Positions 9,714 through 18,747 of a DNA stretch of 46,537 nucleotides are shown here, one piece after another. The translations under genes and the position numbers were made by a program. Each line of letters starts with the position of its first letter. The first letter of the stretch is position 1. This DNA is from an uncultured Candidatus Puniceispirillum sp. GTDB lineage: Bacteria > Pseudomonadota > Alphaproteobacteria > Puniceispirillales > Puniceispirillaceae. The notes below the pieces were generated by a model, which saw only the letters and a program-made list of their open reading frames with translations, ran no database searches and was not told where the DNA came from. The stretch spans positions 1 through 46,537 of the forward strand of contig CAZYKI010000003.1 in NCBI GenBank assembly GCA_964648035.1, read 5' to 3'.

Positions 9714-10922
9714 CTAGTCTTGGCCAACGCCCCATCCCCAGAAATCATTGCCAGATTGCTGTAAAAACCGGCTAATGACCATCTGATGCACCTCGGTAGC
9801 CCCATCGACAAGAAGCGCTTGCCGCGCATAACGATAAATCCATTCAAGAACGGTGTCGGTTGAATATCCACGCGCCCCACAAATCTGGATTGCATCGCTG
9901 GCCACCCGGTTCAACAATTGTGACACATGGATTTTCGCGATGGAAATATCTTGCCGCGCCTTTGAGCCTTGCTCGATCCGCCACGCTGCCCGCATCACCA
10001 TCACCCGGCCGATCTCGATATCCATCGCTGCCTGACCCAGTTTCATCTGGATCGATTCACGGTCGATCAGCTTCATGCCAAAGCCTTCACGATGCCGCGC
10101 ATAATCGCTGGCGATATCGACCGCACGTTTCGCCAAGCCAAGCCAGCGCATGCAATGGGTCAAGCGGGCCAGCCCCAGACGGATCTGGGTTACTTTCAAT
10201 CCTTTGCCAACACCCATCAGCACCCGATCATCGTCAAGTTCAAGATTGTCAAAAATCAACTCGCAATGACCGCCATGTTCTTCCGGCCCCATAATCCCAA
10301 TGCGGCGTTCGATATGCCAGCCCGGATCATCGCGATGAAACAGAAACGCGGTTAACCCATCGCGGGCACCATCACCGGTTTTTGCCATCAAAATGAAATG
10401 GGCCGCCTCGCCCGCACCGGTGATATACCATTTGCGGCCAGATATAGTCCATTTGCCATTCACCCGCTTTGCGGTTGTCCTGATCATGCCCGGGTCTGAG
10501 CCGCCGCCGGGCGCCGGTTCGGTCATCGCAAAGGATGACCGCACATCACCATTGATGATCGGCATCAGCCAGCGGTCCTTTTGGGCGGCGGTGGCCACTT
10601 GATTGAGGATATACATATTCCCGTCATCGGGCGCCGCACAGTTGAACGCCACCGGCCCGAAAATCGACTGGTTCATCGCCTCATATAATACCGCCATGCC
10701 GGTCGGCCCATAGCCAAGGCCACCCTGTTCACGCGGAATTTGCGGCGCCCACAGACCCGCAGCTTTGACCTTGGCGCGCAGCTCGTGAAGCACCGGCGTC
10801 GCGATATTGCCATAGGCGTCGTAATTGGCCGGATCCGCCTCAAGGGGGACAATCTGTTCTTTGACAAAGTCACGCAACCGCTGATGATCGGCGGCCAATG
10901 CCGGGTCAATTGTAAAATCCAT
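9714..10922 (-). CDS. Acyl-CoA dehydrogenase, LvaC/ACAD11-like subgroup
   Basis: NCAAPDDGNM, FAMTEPAPGGGSDP, GGH, ARLTHCMRWLG and DGATEVH (Asp in place of the usual Glu of YEG). Confidence 0.88.
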   Translation of the reverse strand: MDFTIDPALAADHQRLRDFVKEQIVPLEADPANYDAYGNIATPVLHELRAKVKAAGLWAPQIPREQGGLGYGPTGMAVLYEAMNQSIFGPVAFNCAAPDDGNMYILNQVATAAQKDRWLMPIINGDVRSSFAMTEPAPGGGSDPGMIRTTAKRVNGKWTISGRKWYITGAGEAAHFILMAKTGDGARDGLTAFLFHRDDPGWHIERRIGIMGPEEHGGHCELIFDNLELDDDRVLMGVGKGLKVTQIRLGLARLTHCMRWLGLAKRAVDIASDYARHREGFGMKLIDRESIQMKLGQAAMDIEIGRVMVMRAAWRIEQGSKARQDISIAKIHVSQLLNRVASDAIQICGARGYSTDTVLEWIYRYARQALLVDGATEVHQMVISRFLQQSGNDFWGWGVGQD

Positions 10923-10966
10923 AATCCAACCTAATCCTTGTTATTGCTGCCCATCGGCAGGCACCC

Positions 10967-11701
10967 TTACAAACCGGCGCTCATGCCACCGTCAATCGTT
11001 ATCGTTTCTCCGGTCATATAGCTGTTTGCCGGATCAAGTAAAAGCATCAAAGCCGGCATCAGCTCATCCGGCGTGGCAAAGCGCCGTAGCGCGGTCCGTT
11101 TTTGCAGCCGCTGGCCGTCCCCGCTGTTCAGGAATGCCCGGTTCAAATCAGTGATCACATAACCGGGTGCCAGCGCATTGACCCGAATATTGTCCCGCGC
11201 CAGTTCCAGCGCGGCTGATCGGGTCACCTGAATTAGCGCCGCCTTGCTGGCGGCGTAAATGCCGGTATGCGGCAAAGGCCGGTGGCCAAGCACCGATGCG
11301 ATATTCACAACAACCCCACCGCCAGCCGCTTTTAATGCTGGTACGCTGGCCTGCAATACATAGAGCGCGCCCATTAAATTCGTATCGATAACCCGCTGTG
11401 CATCGGCCATGTCGCCACCCGCCAGCGGCGCGGTCACCGCAATCCCGGCATTGTTGATGACCGCATGCACGATCTTGCCGTCAAGACCGGCAGCCAGCGC
11501 CGATGCATCGCACACATCGCCGACAATCTTGCTGTGGCCGCTCCCCGGCAGCGCGGTCAGCAGCGCATCCAGCGCCCCAGCGTCACGTCCCAAGGCCAGC
11601 ACAGTGGCCCCCGCCGCCGCGATCGCCCGGCAAAAGGCCGCACCAAGCCCGCGTGCCGCGCCGGTAACCAGAATTGTCTGCCCATCCAACAATGGGGCCA
11701 T
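10967..11701 (-). CDS. Short-chain dehydrogenase/reductase (LvaD/FabG-like)
   Basis: TGAARGLG, NNAG, YAASK and VNALAPG. GGAG RBS before ATG 11701. Confidence 0.92.
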   Translation of the reverse strand: MAPLLDGQTILVTGAARGLGAAFCRAIAAAGATVLALGRDAGALDALLTALPGSGHSKIVGDVCDASALAAGLDGKIVHAVINNAGIAVTAPLAGGDMADAQRVIDTNLMGALYVLQASVPALKAAGGGVVVNIASVLGHRPLPHTGIYAASKAALIQVTRSAALELARDNIRVNALAPGYVITDLNRAFLNSGDGQRLQKRTALRRFATPDELMPALMLLLDPANSYMTGETITIDGGMSAGL

Positions 11702-11824
11702 AGCACTCTCCAAGAATTGATGTTGCCGGCGATTGATCTGGAACCGATCACTTGCTAACTAACCTGTGTCGCTATCATTGAATCTAGTGCCGCCAATTTC
11801 AAGAACCAATAACAAGGACAGTCA

Positions 11825-12862
11825 ATGGACAGGTCTTCACATCTTTTGTCTCGTCTGTCACGCTGGATTGAAGACAATGCCGCAACTATTGGCGTGCCAA
11901 TTGCCGTCGATAAATTTTCGACTGGCCAATCGAACCCGACCTATCGGTTGACAACCGACCAAGACGGGGCTCGCGGCCGGTTTGTTCTGCGGACCCAACC
12001 ACCCGGGCCATTACTGAAATCGGCGCATGCGGTCGATCGCGAATTTCGGGTGATGCAGGCGCTTGCGACAAGCGATGTGCCGGTTCCCGACATGATCGCG
12101 ATTTGTGAAGATACAAGCATTTTGGGCATGAAATTTTTCATCATGCGCGAGGTCGCCGGAAGCACCTTCTTTGACCCCGCCTTGCCGGATCATTCGACAA
12201 CCGAGCGCAGCCAGTTATTTATGGCCAAGGTCGATGTGCTGGCCGCCCTCGCCACAATTGATCCGTTGGCGGTTGGGCTGGATGGATTTGGCAAACAAGG
12301 CGGCTATCTTGGCCGGCAAATGGCGACATGGACCCGTCAATATCGCGCCAGTGAAACCCAGCCGATTGCCGCGATGGAGTTTTTGATCGACCGCTTGCCT
12401 GACTGTCTTGCTACCGAACCGCCAGGCTTTTGTGTGATTCATGGCGATTTCCGGATCGATAATATGCTGGTCAGCGACCGCATCACGATTGCCGCGCTGA
12501 TCGATTGGGAATTAAGCACCTTAGGGCCCGCCTTTATCGATCTTAGCTATTGGTGTGCAATGCTGCGGATGCATGCTGACTGGCCGATCGGTGGCCTTGG
12601 CGGGATCGATCGTGCAGCGCTTGGCATTCCTGACGAGACCGCCTTGGTCACGGCCTTTTGCCAGCGGACAGGCCTCGTGCCGCCCGCCAACTGGGACGCG
12701 CTGGTGGCATTTCAATGCTTTCGCTTTGCCGCCATTCTGCAAGGCGTGCTGAAACGGCATCTTGATGGCAACGCCTCGGCCGACAATGCCGCCGCCGTTG
12801 GTGGCCAGGCCAGTCAAGTTGCCGATTTGGGGGCGGCGATATTAACCGATTATCTGCGTTAA
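11825..12862 (+). CDS. APH-family phosphotransferase (ACAD10/11 kinase-domain-like)
   Basis: GQSNPTY, LLKSAHAVDRE, HGDFRIDN, DWELSTLG and AAILQGV. AAGGA RBS. Confidence 0.9.
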   Translation: MDRSSHLLSRLSRWIEDNAATIGVPIAVDKFSTGQSNPTYRLTTDQDGARGRFVLRTQPPGPLLKSAHAVDREFRVMQALATSDVPVPDMIAICEDTSILGMKFFIMREVAGSTFFDPALPDHSTTERSQLFMAKVDVLAALATIDPLAVGLDGFGKQGGYLGRQMATWTRQYRASETQPIAAMEFLIDRLPDCLATEPPGFCVIHGDFRIDNMLVSDRITIAALIDWELSTLGPAFIDLSYWCAMLRMHADWPIGGLGGIDRAALGIPDETALVTAFCQRTGLVPPANWDALVAFQCFRFAAILQGVLKRHLDGNASADNAAAVGGQASQVADLGAAILTDYLR

Positions 12863-13701
12863 GACGCCAGCCCAGCAAGCCAGTGATGTAATTGCGCGCC
12901 GTCGCTATGATCGGCATCACACAGGCAATCAACCATATTGAAATGGTGCAATCTGCCACAGCCATGAAACCGCACCTGATCGCCGCGCTGGCGCAAGGCG
13001 TCAGCCATCATCCATGATTGGTCTATCCAGCCAGACGGCTCACCGCCGCCAACAGCAATATAATAGTCTGTCCCGGCACGCGGCATATGCCGCAAACAAT
13101 TCCAGCGCGCCGCCTCATCTGCCGACAGGCGGACATCGGCATTGACGGCAAGATCAAGCACCAGCTCAGGCTCGTAAATGCCTGACAGCGCGGCAACGCC
13201 CGCAAGCCGCCCGGCAAGCCCAGCATGATGCGTCAGATGCATCGCCATATGGGCGCCAGCCGAATGCCCCATCAACACCACCGGCTCGGTATTACCATCA
13301 TCATCAAGCCGCGCCAAAACATGCCCAAGCCCCACATCAAGATGCTGCAAAATGTCGGTTAGCGTCACCTCGGGACAAAGGGGATAATTCATATTGACCA
13401 GCCCAAAGCCGCCTTTGGCAAGGTCGGCCATATGGTGATACATCGCCGCCTTATCAAGCGCGCGCCAATAGCCGCCATGGATATTGATGATCACCGGCCG
13501 ACCGGCCTCGCCCGGATGAAGATCAAACCGCATTAGATCATGCGGGCCATAGGCAATATCAAAACTGCCGCCAAGTTCAGCCTTGCGGGCCGCTGATTGC
13601 GTCATCCAAAATTCAAGCGCCGGCTCGGTTTCGGCCCCGGCCGCGACACGCGGGTTGAACTGGGCCTCCATGCCATGATCACGCCAGTCGGTCCAGGTCA
13701 T
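12859..13701 (-). CDS. Alpha/beta hydrolase (arylformamidase/HSL-esterase-like)
   Basis: HGGYW oxyanion motif, GHSAG nucleophile, C-terminal HHF. Start overlaps the stop of the upstream Mo-enzyme gene (ATGA). Confidence 0.85.
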   Translation of the reverse strand: MTWTDWRDHGMEAQFNPRVAAGAETEPALEFWMTQSAARKAELGGSFDIAYGPHDLMRFDLHPGEAGRPVIINIHGGYWRALDKAAMYHHMADLAKGGFGLVNMNYPLCPEVTLTDILQHLDVGLGHVLARLDDDGNTEPVVLMGHSAGAHMAMHLTHHAGLAGRLAGVAALSGIYEPELVLDLAVNADVRLSADEAARWNCLRHMPRAGTDYYIAVGGGEPSGWIDQSWMMADALRQRGDQVRFHGCGRLHHFNMVDCLCDADHSDGAQLHHWLAGLAS

Positions 13702-16004
13702 TTGCGCCTCGTTTTCATCGTTTCAATCACCGGCGGGTTATGGGCCGTCACGCTGACCGCTGGCCCTTCCCAGCGTTCAATATCAACAAGGCATGAATGC
13801 GCGGCCGGCCCTTGGGCCAGTTTTGATGTGCCACGATCCGGCGCCAGCACATTCGGATTGCCATGTTTACAGCCAATCCCGGCCTGTGGGTCAGGATCGA
13901 ACCACGCCCCGGTACTGACAATCAACACACCCGGCATCACAACATCGCTGACAATCGCCCCGCATAAGCATGACCCGCGGCTATTCCACAGGCGGACAAT
14001 ATCCCCGTCTTTGATATCACGCGCGGCGGCATCTTGCGGATTGATCTTGACCGGCTCATGGCCGTTGATTTTGGCATCACGACTGACGGCACCATGATCA
14101 AGCTGGGAATGCAGCCGGGCCGTTGGCTGGTGCCCAAGAAGATGAAGCCGGGTACCACGGTCGGCGCTGCCAAGCCATTCGGGTGGCGTATACCAAGTTG
14201 GATGCGGCGCGCAATCATCATAGCCAAAGCCGGCGATGGTTTCGGACCAGATCTCTATTTTGCCGCTTGGCGTTGCCAACGGGTTGGCGACCGGGTCGGC
14301 CCGAAAATCGGCCATCATCACATGGGCGCTGTCCGGCGCATCAAGCTTGAACCAGCCAGCCTCACGAAACGCGTCATAGCTTGGCAATTCGACACCGGTT
14401 TCCGCCGCCGCCTGCTTGGACACATCATACAGCCAGCGTTGCCATGCTTCGGCATCACGATCTTCGGTATAGGCAGATTCAACGCCCAACGCGCGGGCGA
14501 TACCACGGAAAATATCAAAATCGTCGCGGGACGCGCCGACCGGATCAATCGCTTGCTGCATCGATACAAAATAATTATCCATCGGCGACATGGCGATATC
14601 GGTACGTTCCAATGTGGTGGTTGCCGGCAACACAATATCGGCATGTTTGGCCAACGCGTTCCAACACCATTCATGTGCGATAATCGTGTCCGGCTTTTGC
14701 CACGCCGTCAAAAAGCGATTCAAATCCTGATGGTGGTGGAACGGGTTTCCACCGGCCCAGTAAATCAGCTTGATATCCGGAAATTCATAAGCCTGACCAT
14801 TATAATCGAAACGTCCCCCCGGGTTCAGCAACATATCGGCAATCCGTGCCACCGGGATAAAGCTATCAACCTTGTTCTGGCCCTGCGGCATCGCCGCCAC
14901 CGGCACCCGCCGGATATGGCTGCCCACCGTATTGACCGCCGAATAGCCAAGCCCGAACCCGCCGCCAGGCAAGCCGATCTGCCCCAACATTGCCGCCAGC
15001 GTGATCCCCGCCCAGAACGGCTGTTCGCCATGCGCCTGCCTGGTCAACGACCAGCTGAAAGACAGCATCGTACGGCTACCGGCCATAGACCGGGCCAAAT
15101 CTCGAATGCGGGCTGCATCAATACCGCATAGCGGTGCCGCCCATTCGGGGCTTTTGGCCTGATGGTCGTCGGCACCGGTCAAATAGCCGGCAAAACGGTC
15201 AAAACCAACGCAATAGCGATCGAGGAAATCCTTATTGTGCAAATCTTCGGTCAGCAGCAGATGGCATAATGCCAGCATCAAGGCCGTGTCGCTGTTGGGC
15301 CGTACCGCAAACCAGTCGGCATTAACATCGGCGATCATATCCTCGCGTAGCGGTGAGACCGATACAAACCGCACCCCGTTCGCATGGGCTGCCAGAATTG
15401 AGTCCTTCTGGATATGACGGCCAAGACCGCCTTGCCCGATTTGGCCGTTTTTCAGCGGCACACCGCCAAAGGCGACAAATAGGTCCGCATGGTCTCGCAC
15501 CGAAACCCAGCTTGTTTGATTATAGATATAATTGCGAAAATGACCGATCACATGCGGCACAATCACCTCGGCGGCGGCAAAGCTGTAGGTGTTGACCGAT
15601 TTTGTATAGCCCCCAAGACAATTCAAAAACCGATGCAGGTGACCTGGAGCATGGTGAAACCGGCCAGCACTCGCCCAGCCGTAAGATCCGGCAAAAATCG
15701 ATTCATTGCCAAACTGCTTGATCACCCGGTCAAGTTCAGCCGCAACCAGTTTGTTGGCATGCGGCCAGTCGATTTCAACAAACGGGTCATGGCCGCGCTT
15801 TTCAGGCGCGCTACCGGGGCCGGTCTCAAGCCAGCTTTTACGCACCATCGGCGCGGTGATCCGGGCCGGATTGTCAATCACGTCAACAATGCCACGACCA
15901 ATCTCATTAGGATCCGTATCTTCGGCAAACGGCTGCATATCGATCAGGCGGCCATTTTTGACCCGCGCGTGATAGGTGCCCCAATGGGTGCTAGTCAGAC
16001 TCAT
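13698..16004 (-). CDS. bisC: Molybdopterin (bis-MGD) S/N-oxide reductase, biotin sulfoxide/DMSO reductase type, cytoplasmic
   Basis: THWG, PMVR, SYGWASAG (Tyr/Trp), TYSFAA (Ser ligand), WAGGNPFHH, TPSGKIE and RLHSQL. No Tat signal. GAAGGA RBS before ATG 16004. Confidence 0.85.
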   Translation of the reverse strand: MSLTSTHWGTYHARVKNGRLIDMQPFAEDTDPNEIGRGIVDVIDNPARITAPMVRKSWLETGPGSAPEKRGHDPFVEIDWPHANKLVAAELDRVIKQFGNESIFAGSYGWASAGRFHHAPGHLHRFLNCLGGYTKSVNTYSFAAAEVIVPHVIGHFRNYIYNQTSWVSVRDHADLFVAFGGVPLKNGQIGQGGLGRHIQKDSILAAHANGVRFVSVSPLREDMIADVNADWFAVRPNSDTALMLALCHLLLTEDLHNKDFLDRYCVGFDRFAGYLTGADDHQAKSPEWAAPLCGIDAARIRDLARSMAGSRTMLSFSWSLTRQAHGEQPFWAGITLAAMLGQIGLPGGGFGLGYSAVNTVGSHIRRVPVAAMPQGQNKVDSFIPVARIADMLLNPGGRFDYNGQAYEFPDIKLIYWAGGNPFHHHQDLNRFLTAWQKPDTIIAHEWCWNALAKHADIVLPATTTLERTDIAMSPMDNYFVSMQQAIDPVGASRDDFDIFRGIARALGVESAYTEDRDAEAWQRWLYDVSKQAAAETGVELPSYDAFREAGWFKLDAPDSAHVMMADFRADPVANPLATPSGKIEIWSETIAGFGYDDCAPHPTWYTPPEWLGSADRGTRLHLLGHQPTARLHSQLDHGAVSRDAKINGHEPVKINPQDAAARDIKDGDIVRLWNSRGSCLCGAIVSDVVMPGVLIVSTGAWFDPDPQAGIGCKHGNPNVLAPDRGTSKLAQGPAAHSCLVDIERWEGPAVSVTAHNPPVIETMKTRRK

Positions 16005-16284
16005 GATTTGATCCTTCGATGTGCCACAGATAGCCGGGCGATGCCTGATGCCTATGCGTGCCATGATCCCGGCTATGTCTGATCAAACCATAATTGATTG
16101 TGGCCAAAAATCCAAAACACAAAAGCATGACAGGATGGCCTTAGATGCCAGCAAAGATCACGGATATATTTTTGTCCGCACACGAAACATATTTTTTTAA
16201 GTTGCGTTGCCCGCCCGACACGGCAGACTAGAGCGATTGTTACATTACCAATAACCAGTTTTGATTATCAGCGGATGCCCGATC

Positions 16285-17091
16285 ATGAGTGATTTGCCAA
16301 GCCTTCCCATTTACGAACTTTTCGCCATTCGCTATGCCGCCCGCGATGCGGTGCGGAGCGAGCATTTTATCGGTGGTGACCCACATGATGGGCCAATGCC
16401 AATGGATTATTTTGTCTGGCTGGCCAGATCGGACGATCATATCGTCGTGATCGATACCGGCTTTACCGCCGCCATGGCCAAAAAGCGCAAACGCAACTTT
16501 CTTAAATGCCCAGTCCAGTCATTGGCCGATTTTGGCATTGCCGCCGACATGGTCGATGATGTGATTCTGACCCATCTTCATTATGACCATTCGGGGAATT
16601 TTGATCGTTTTCCCCGCGCCCAATTCCACCTTCAGGAACAAGAACTGCATTATGCCACCGGTCGTTATATGCGATATCCGCATCTGCAACATGCCTTTGA
16701 ATTGGATGATGTCTGCGGTGTGGTGCGGATGAATTACAGCCAGCGCGTGTGTTTTTATGACGGCGATGATGAGGTGCGGCCGGGCGTACGCGTACATCGG
16801 ACCGGCGGGCATTCAGCCGGCCTTCAATTTGTGTCGGTCCATACCAAGCGTGGGTGGGTGGTGCTAGCCTCGGACAGCAGCCATTATTACGAACATATGG
16901 AAAGTTACCGGCCGTTCAGCATCGCCTTTCATGTCGGCGAGATGATGGCCAGTTTTGACCGGCTGAAAAAAGTCGCGCCAAGCCCCCAACATATCATCCC
17001 CGGCCATGACCCGTTAGTGATGGCACGGTATCCGGCTGTAGCGGGAACAGACGGGTTGATCGTGCGCTTGGACGAGGCACCATCGGCCTGA
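16285..17091 (+). CDS. Metallo-beta-lactamase fold, N-acyl-homoserine lactonase family protein
   Basis: IDTG, THLHYDH (HxHxDH), GGHS, ASD and PGHD metal-ligand motifs. Confidence 0.88.
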   Translation: MSDLPSLPIYELFAIRYAARDAVRSEHFIGGDPHDGPMPMDYFVWLARSDDHIVVIDTGFTAAMAKKRKRNFLKCPVQSLADFGIAADMVDDVILTHLHYDHSGNFDRFPRAQFHLQEQELHYATGRYMRYPHLQHAFELDDVCGVVRMNYSQRVCFYDGDDEVRPGVRVHRTGGHSAGLQFVSVHTKRGWVVLASDSSHYYEHMESYRPFSIAFHVGEMMASFDRLKKVAPSPQHIIPGHDPLVMARYPAVAGTDGLIVRLDEAPSA

Positions 17092-17114
17092 CGGCAAGGC
17101 GGTGTTTATACCAG

Positions 17115-17492
17115 CTAGCCGTCGGTACGGCTGTCCCAATATTCCGACCCGTAATCATGCAGGATTTCATCACCCGCCCGAATGTCCATTAGCGCGGTGA
17201 ATTCGACAAAGCGATTGTCGTCATCGGCAATTTGCCATTCGGCATTGGCCGGGGTGCCGTGATTATACAGCATGCCGCATCCCAGCATCACCAGATAATC
17301 GGTTTTGACATCAGGGCTGGTAAACAAATAATCATTCAGGCGGTTGATTTCCTGCAAATCATCATCATCAATCACCAGATAGCTGCAGCGCTCGATCACC
17401 TCGCCCTTGCGAATATCCTCGCAAGCAAATACGCCAAGCCCATGTAAAGGCGAATCACGCACCTCGATTTTCATGCCACAGCTCTTTTCCAT
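17115..17492 (-). CDS. SET-domain protein (putative protein-lysine methyltransferase)
   Basis: SPLHGLGVFA, YNHG..AN and I.AGDEI..DYG..YW SET signature motifs. 17474 is an alternative start. Confidence 0.87.
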   Translation of the reverse strand: MEKSCGMKIEVRDSPLHGLGVFACEDIRKGEVIERCSYLVIDDDDLQEINRLNDYLFTSPDVKTDYLVMLGCGMLYNHGTPANAEWQIADDDNRFVEFTALMDIRAGDEILHDYGSEYWDSRTDG

Positions 17493-17537
17493 TCACCTAA
17501 CCGGGAAGACAGGCGTCCTGCGACCGGCCGTATCACT

Positions 17538-18476
17538 TTAGCGGGTTTCACCATCTATCAATTTTTCCGCTTCGTCCAGCATCGTGGTAACGGCGCGCTC
17601 CAACTCTGCCGCAAACGCCGCCGCGGCCCGCGACAGCCGGCGGCGCTTTGGCGTGACAATCGAAAACTGATAATAGACCTCAGGAACAAACCGGCGAAAG
17701 GCCAGTCGACGACTTTCCGGCCATAGCCGCCGGTGGATCCATGCATTGAGCGGGCTAAATACACCAAATCCGGCACCAACACCGATAATTTCATATTGGG
17801 CGGCCCCGTTTTGCATTTCAAATTTTGGATTGAGCGGCACACCAGCCTCGTCAAACGCCACATGCACCGCCCGCGCAATGTGATGGTTTGGCAGAAAACT
17901 GGCACAAGCGCGCCCAGCAAGGTCTGCCGGCGTGATAAACCGCTTGGCCAAAAGCGGGTCATCACCCGGCAACGCACAAACGCATGGCACTTCAAACTGC
18001 CGGCAATTGACCAAGGCGTTGGTTTGCCCGCGCTCGGCAAGGCCGACATCGAATCGCTGTGCCTCCATCGCCGCCAACACATCGGGCGACCCCTCAACCG
18101 CCAAATGGAACCCGGCTTGCGGCTGAACGGCGGTAAAAGCCGCAATAACACCCGGCAAAAAATGCTCGGACAGGACCGGCATCGAGATGACGGCGATTTT
18201 GGCCGCGGTGGCCGCCCCGCCGGTTCGCATCATCTGTTCAAGATGCTCGACCTGACCGATAATTTCATCCGCGCGCTGCAACAAAAAAAAGGTTTCCGGC
18301 GCCGGTTGAAGACGCCCGTTTTCGCGCGTGAATAATTGGAAATCTAATCGTTTTTCCATTTCCTTGACCGCCGCGCTAAGCGCTGGCTGCGTCCGGCCAA
18401 GCGTGCGCGCGGCACCCGATACCGAACCGGCACGCATGATTTCTCGGATCACCGTCATCTGCCACAGACTTATCAA
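17538..18476 (-). CDS. LysR-family transcriptional regulator
   Basis: GSVSGAARTLGRTQPALS HTH and LFTRENGRL, 312 aa, divergent from the transporter operon. TTG start. Confidence 0.92.
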   Translation of the reverse strand: MISLWQMTVIREIMRAGSVSGAARTLGRTQPALSAAVKEMEKRLDFQLFTRENGRLQPAPETFFLLQRADEIIGQVEHLEQMMRTGGAATAAKIAVISMPVLSEHFLPGVIAAFTAVQPQAGFHLAVEGSPDVLAAMEAQRFDVGLAERGQTNALVNCRQFEVPCVCALPGDDPLLAKRFITPADLAGRACASFLPNHHIARAVHVAFDEAGVPLNPKFEMQNGAAQYEIIGVGAGFGVFSPLNAWIHRRLWPESRRLAFRRFVPEVYYQFSIVTPKRRRLSRAAAAFAAELERAVTTMLDEAEKLIDGETR

Positions 18477-18523
18477 AACGCGCTCTTGGCTATCTTTTTG
18501 TCAGGTCAATTTGACGCTAACAT

Positions 18524-18538
18524 ATAAATTTTATTTAT
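18524..18538. promoter_or_regulatory. LysR recognition box (T-N11-A)
   Basis: ATAAA-tttta-TTTAT dyad about 50 bp upstream of the LysR start, in the AT-rich divergent promoter. Confidence 0.6.
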
Positions 18539-18747
18539 GGATATAGAATAATTTATAATTTGTTTTGATGGAAAACCTACCCCTAAGCTTTTTTTGGTAC
18601 TTGGCGCTGCCGGGTCCGTTTGTTGGCAACAGGGGAGCTGTCACCTTTGGTGCGGGGTTGCCGCTACAGTCTGGCATGTCTTCCCTGATGTCTGGCCCCG
18701 GAGATTGTCCGGCATGGTCGAATGGTTAAACGACAAAGGAGGAACCA

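Noticed and set aside
8046-10922. DMSP demethylation genes dmdB and dmdC
   Set aside because: The ACAD is ~400 aa with LvaC/ACAD11 motifs rather than the longer DmdC type, and no dmdA or dmdD is present. MMPA-CoA ligase side activity of the ligase cannot be excluded.
11739-11755. Possible sigma54 promoter TGGAAC...TTGC upstream of the kinase
   Set aside because: The GG-to-GC spacing is 12 nt rather than the required 10, and no enhancer-binding protein is encoded nearby.
14034-15131. 365-aa plus-strand ORF
   Set aside because: Antisense shadow of the Mo-enzyme gene with no recognisable motifs; such ORFs are expected in GC-rich coding DNA.
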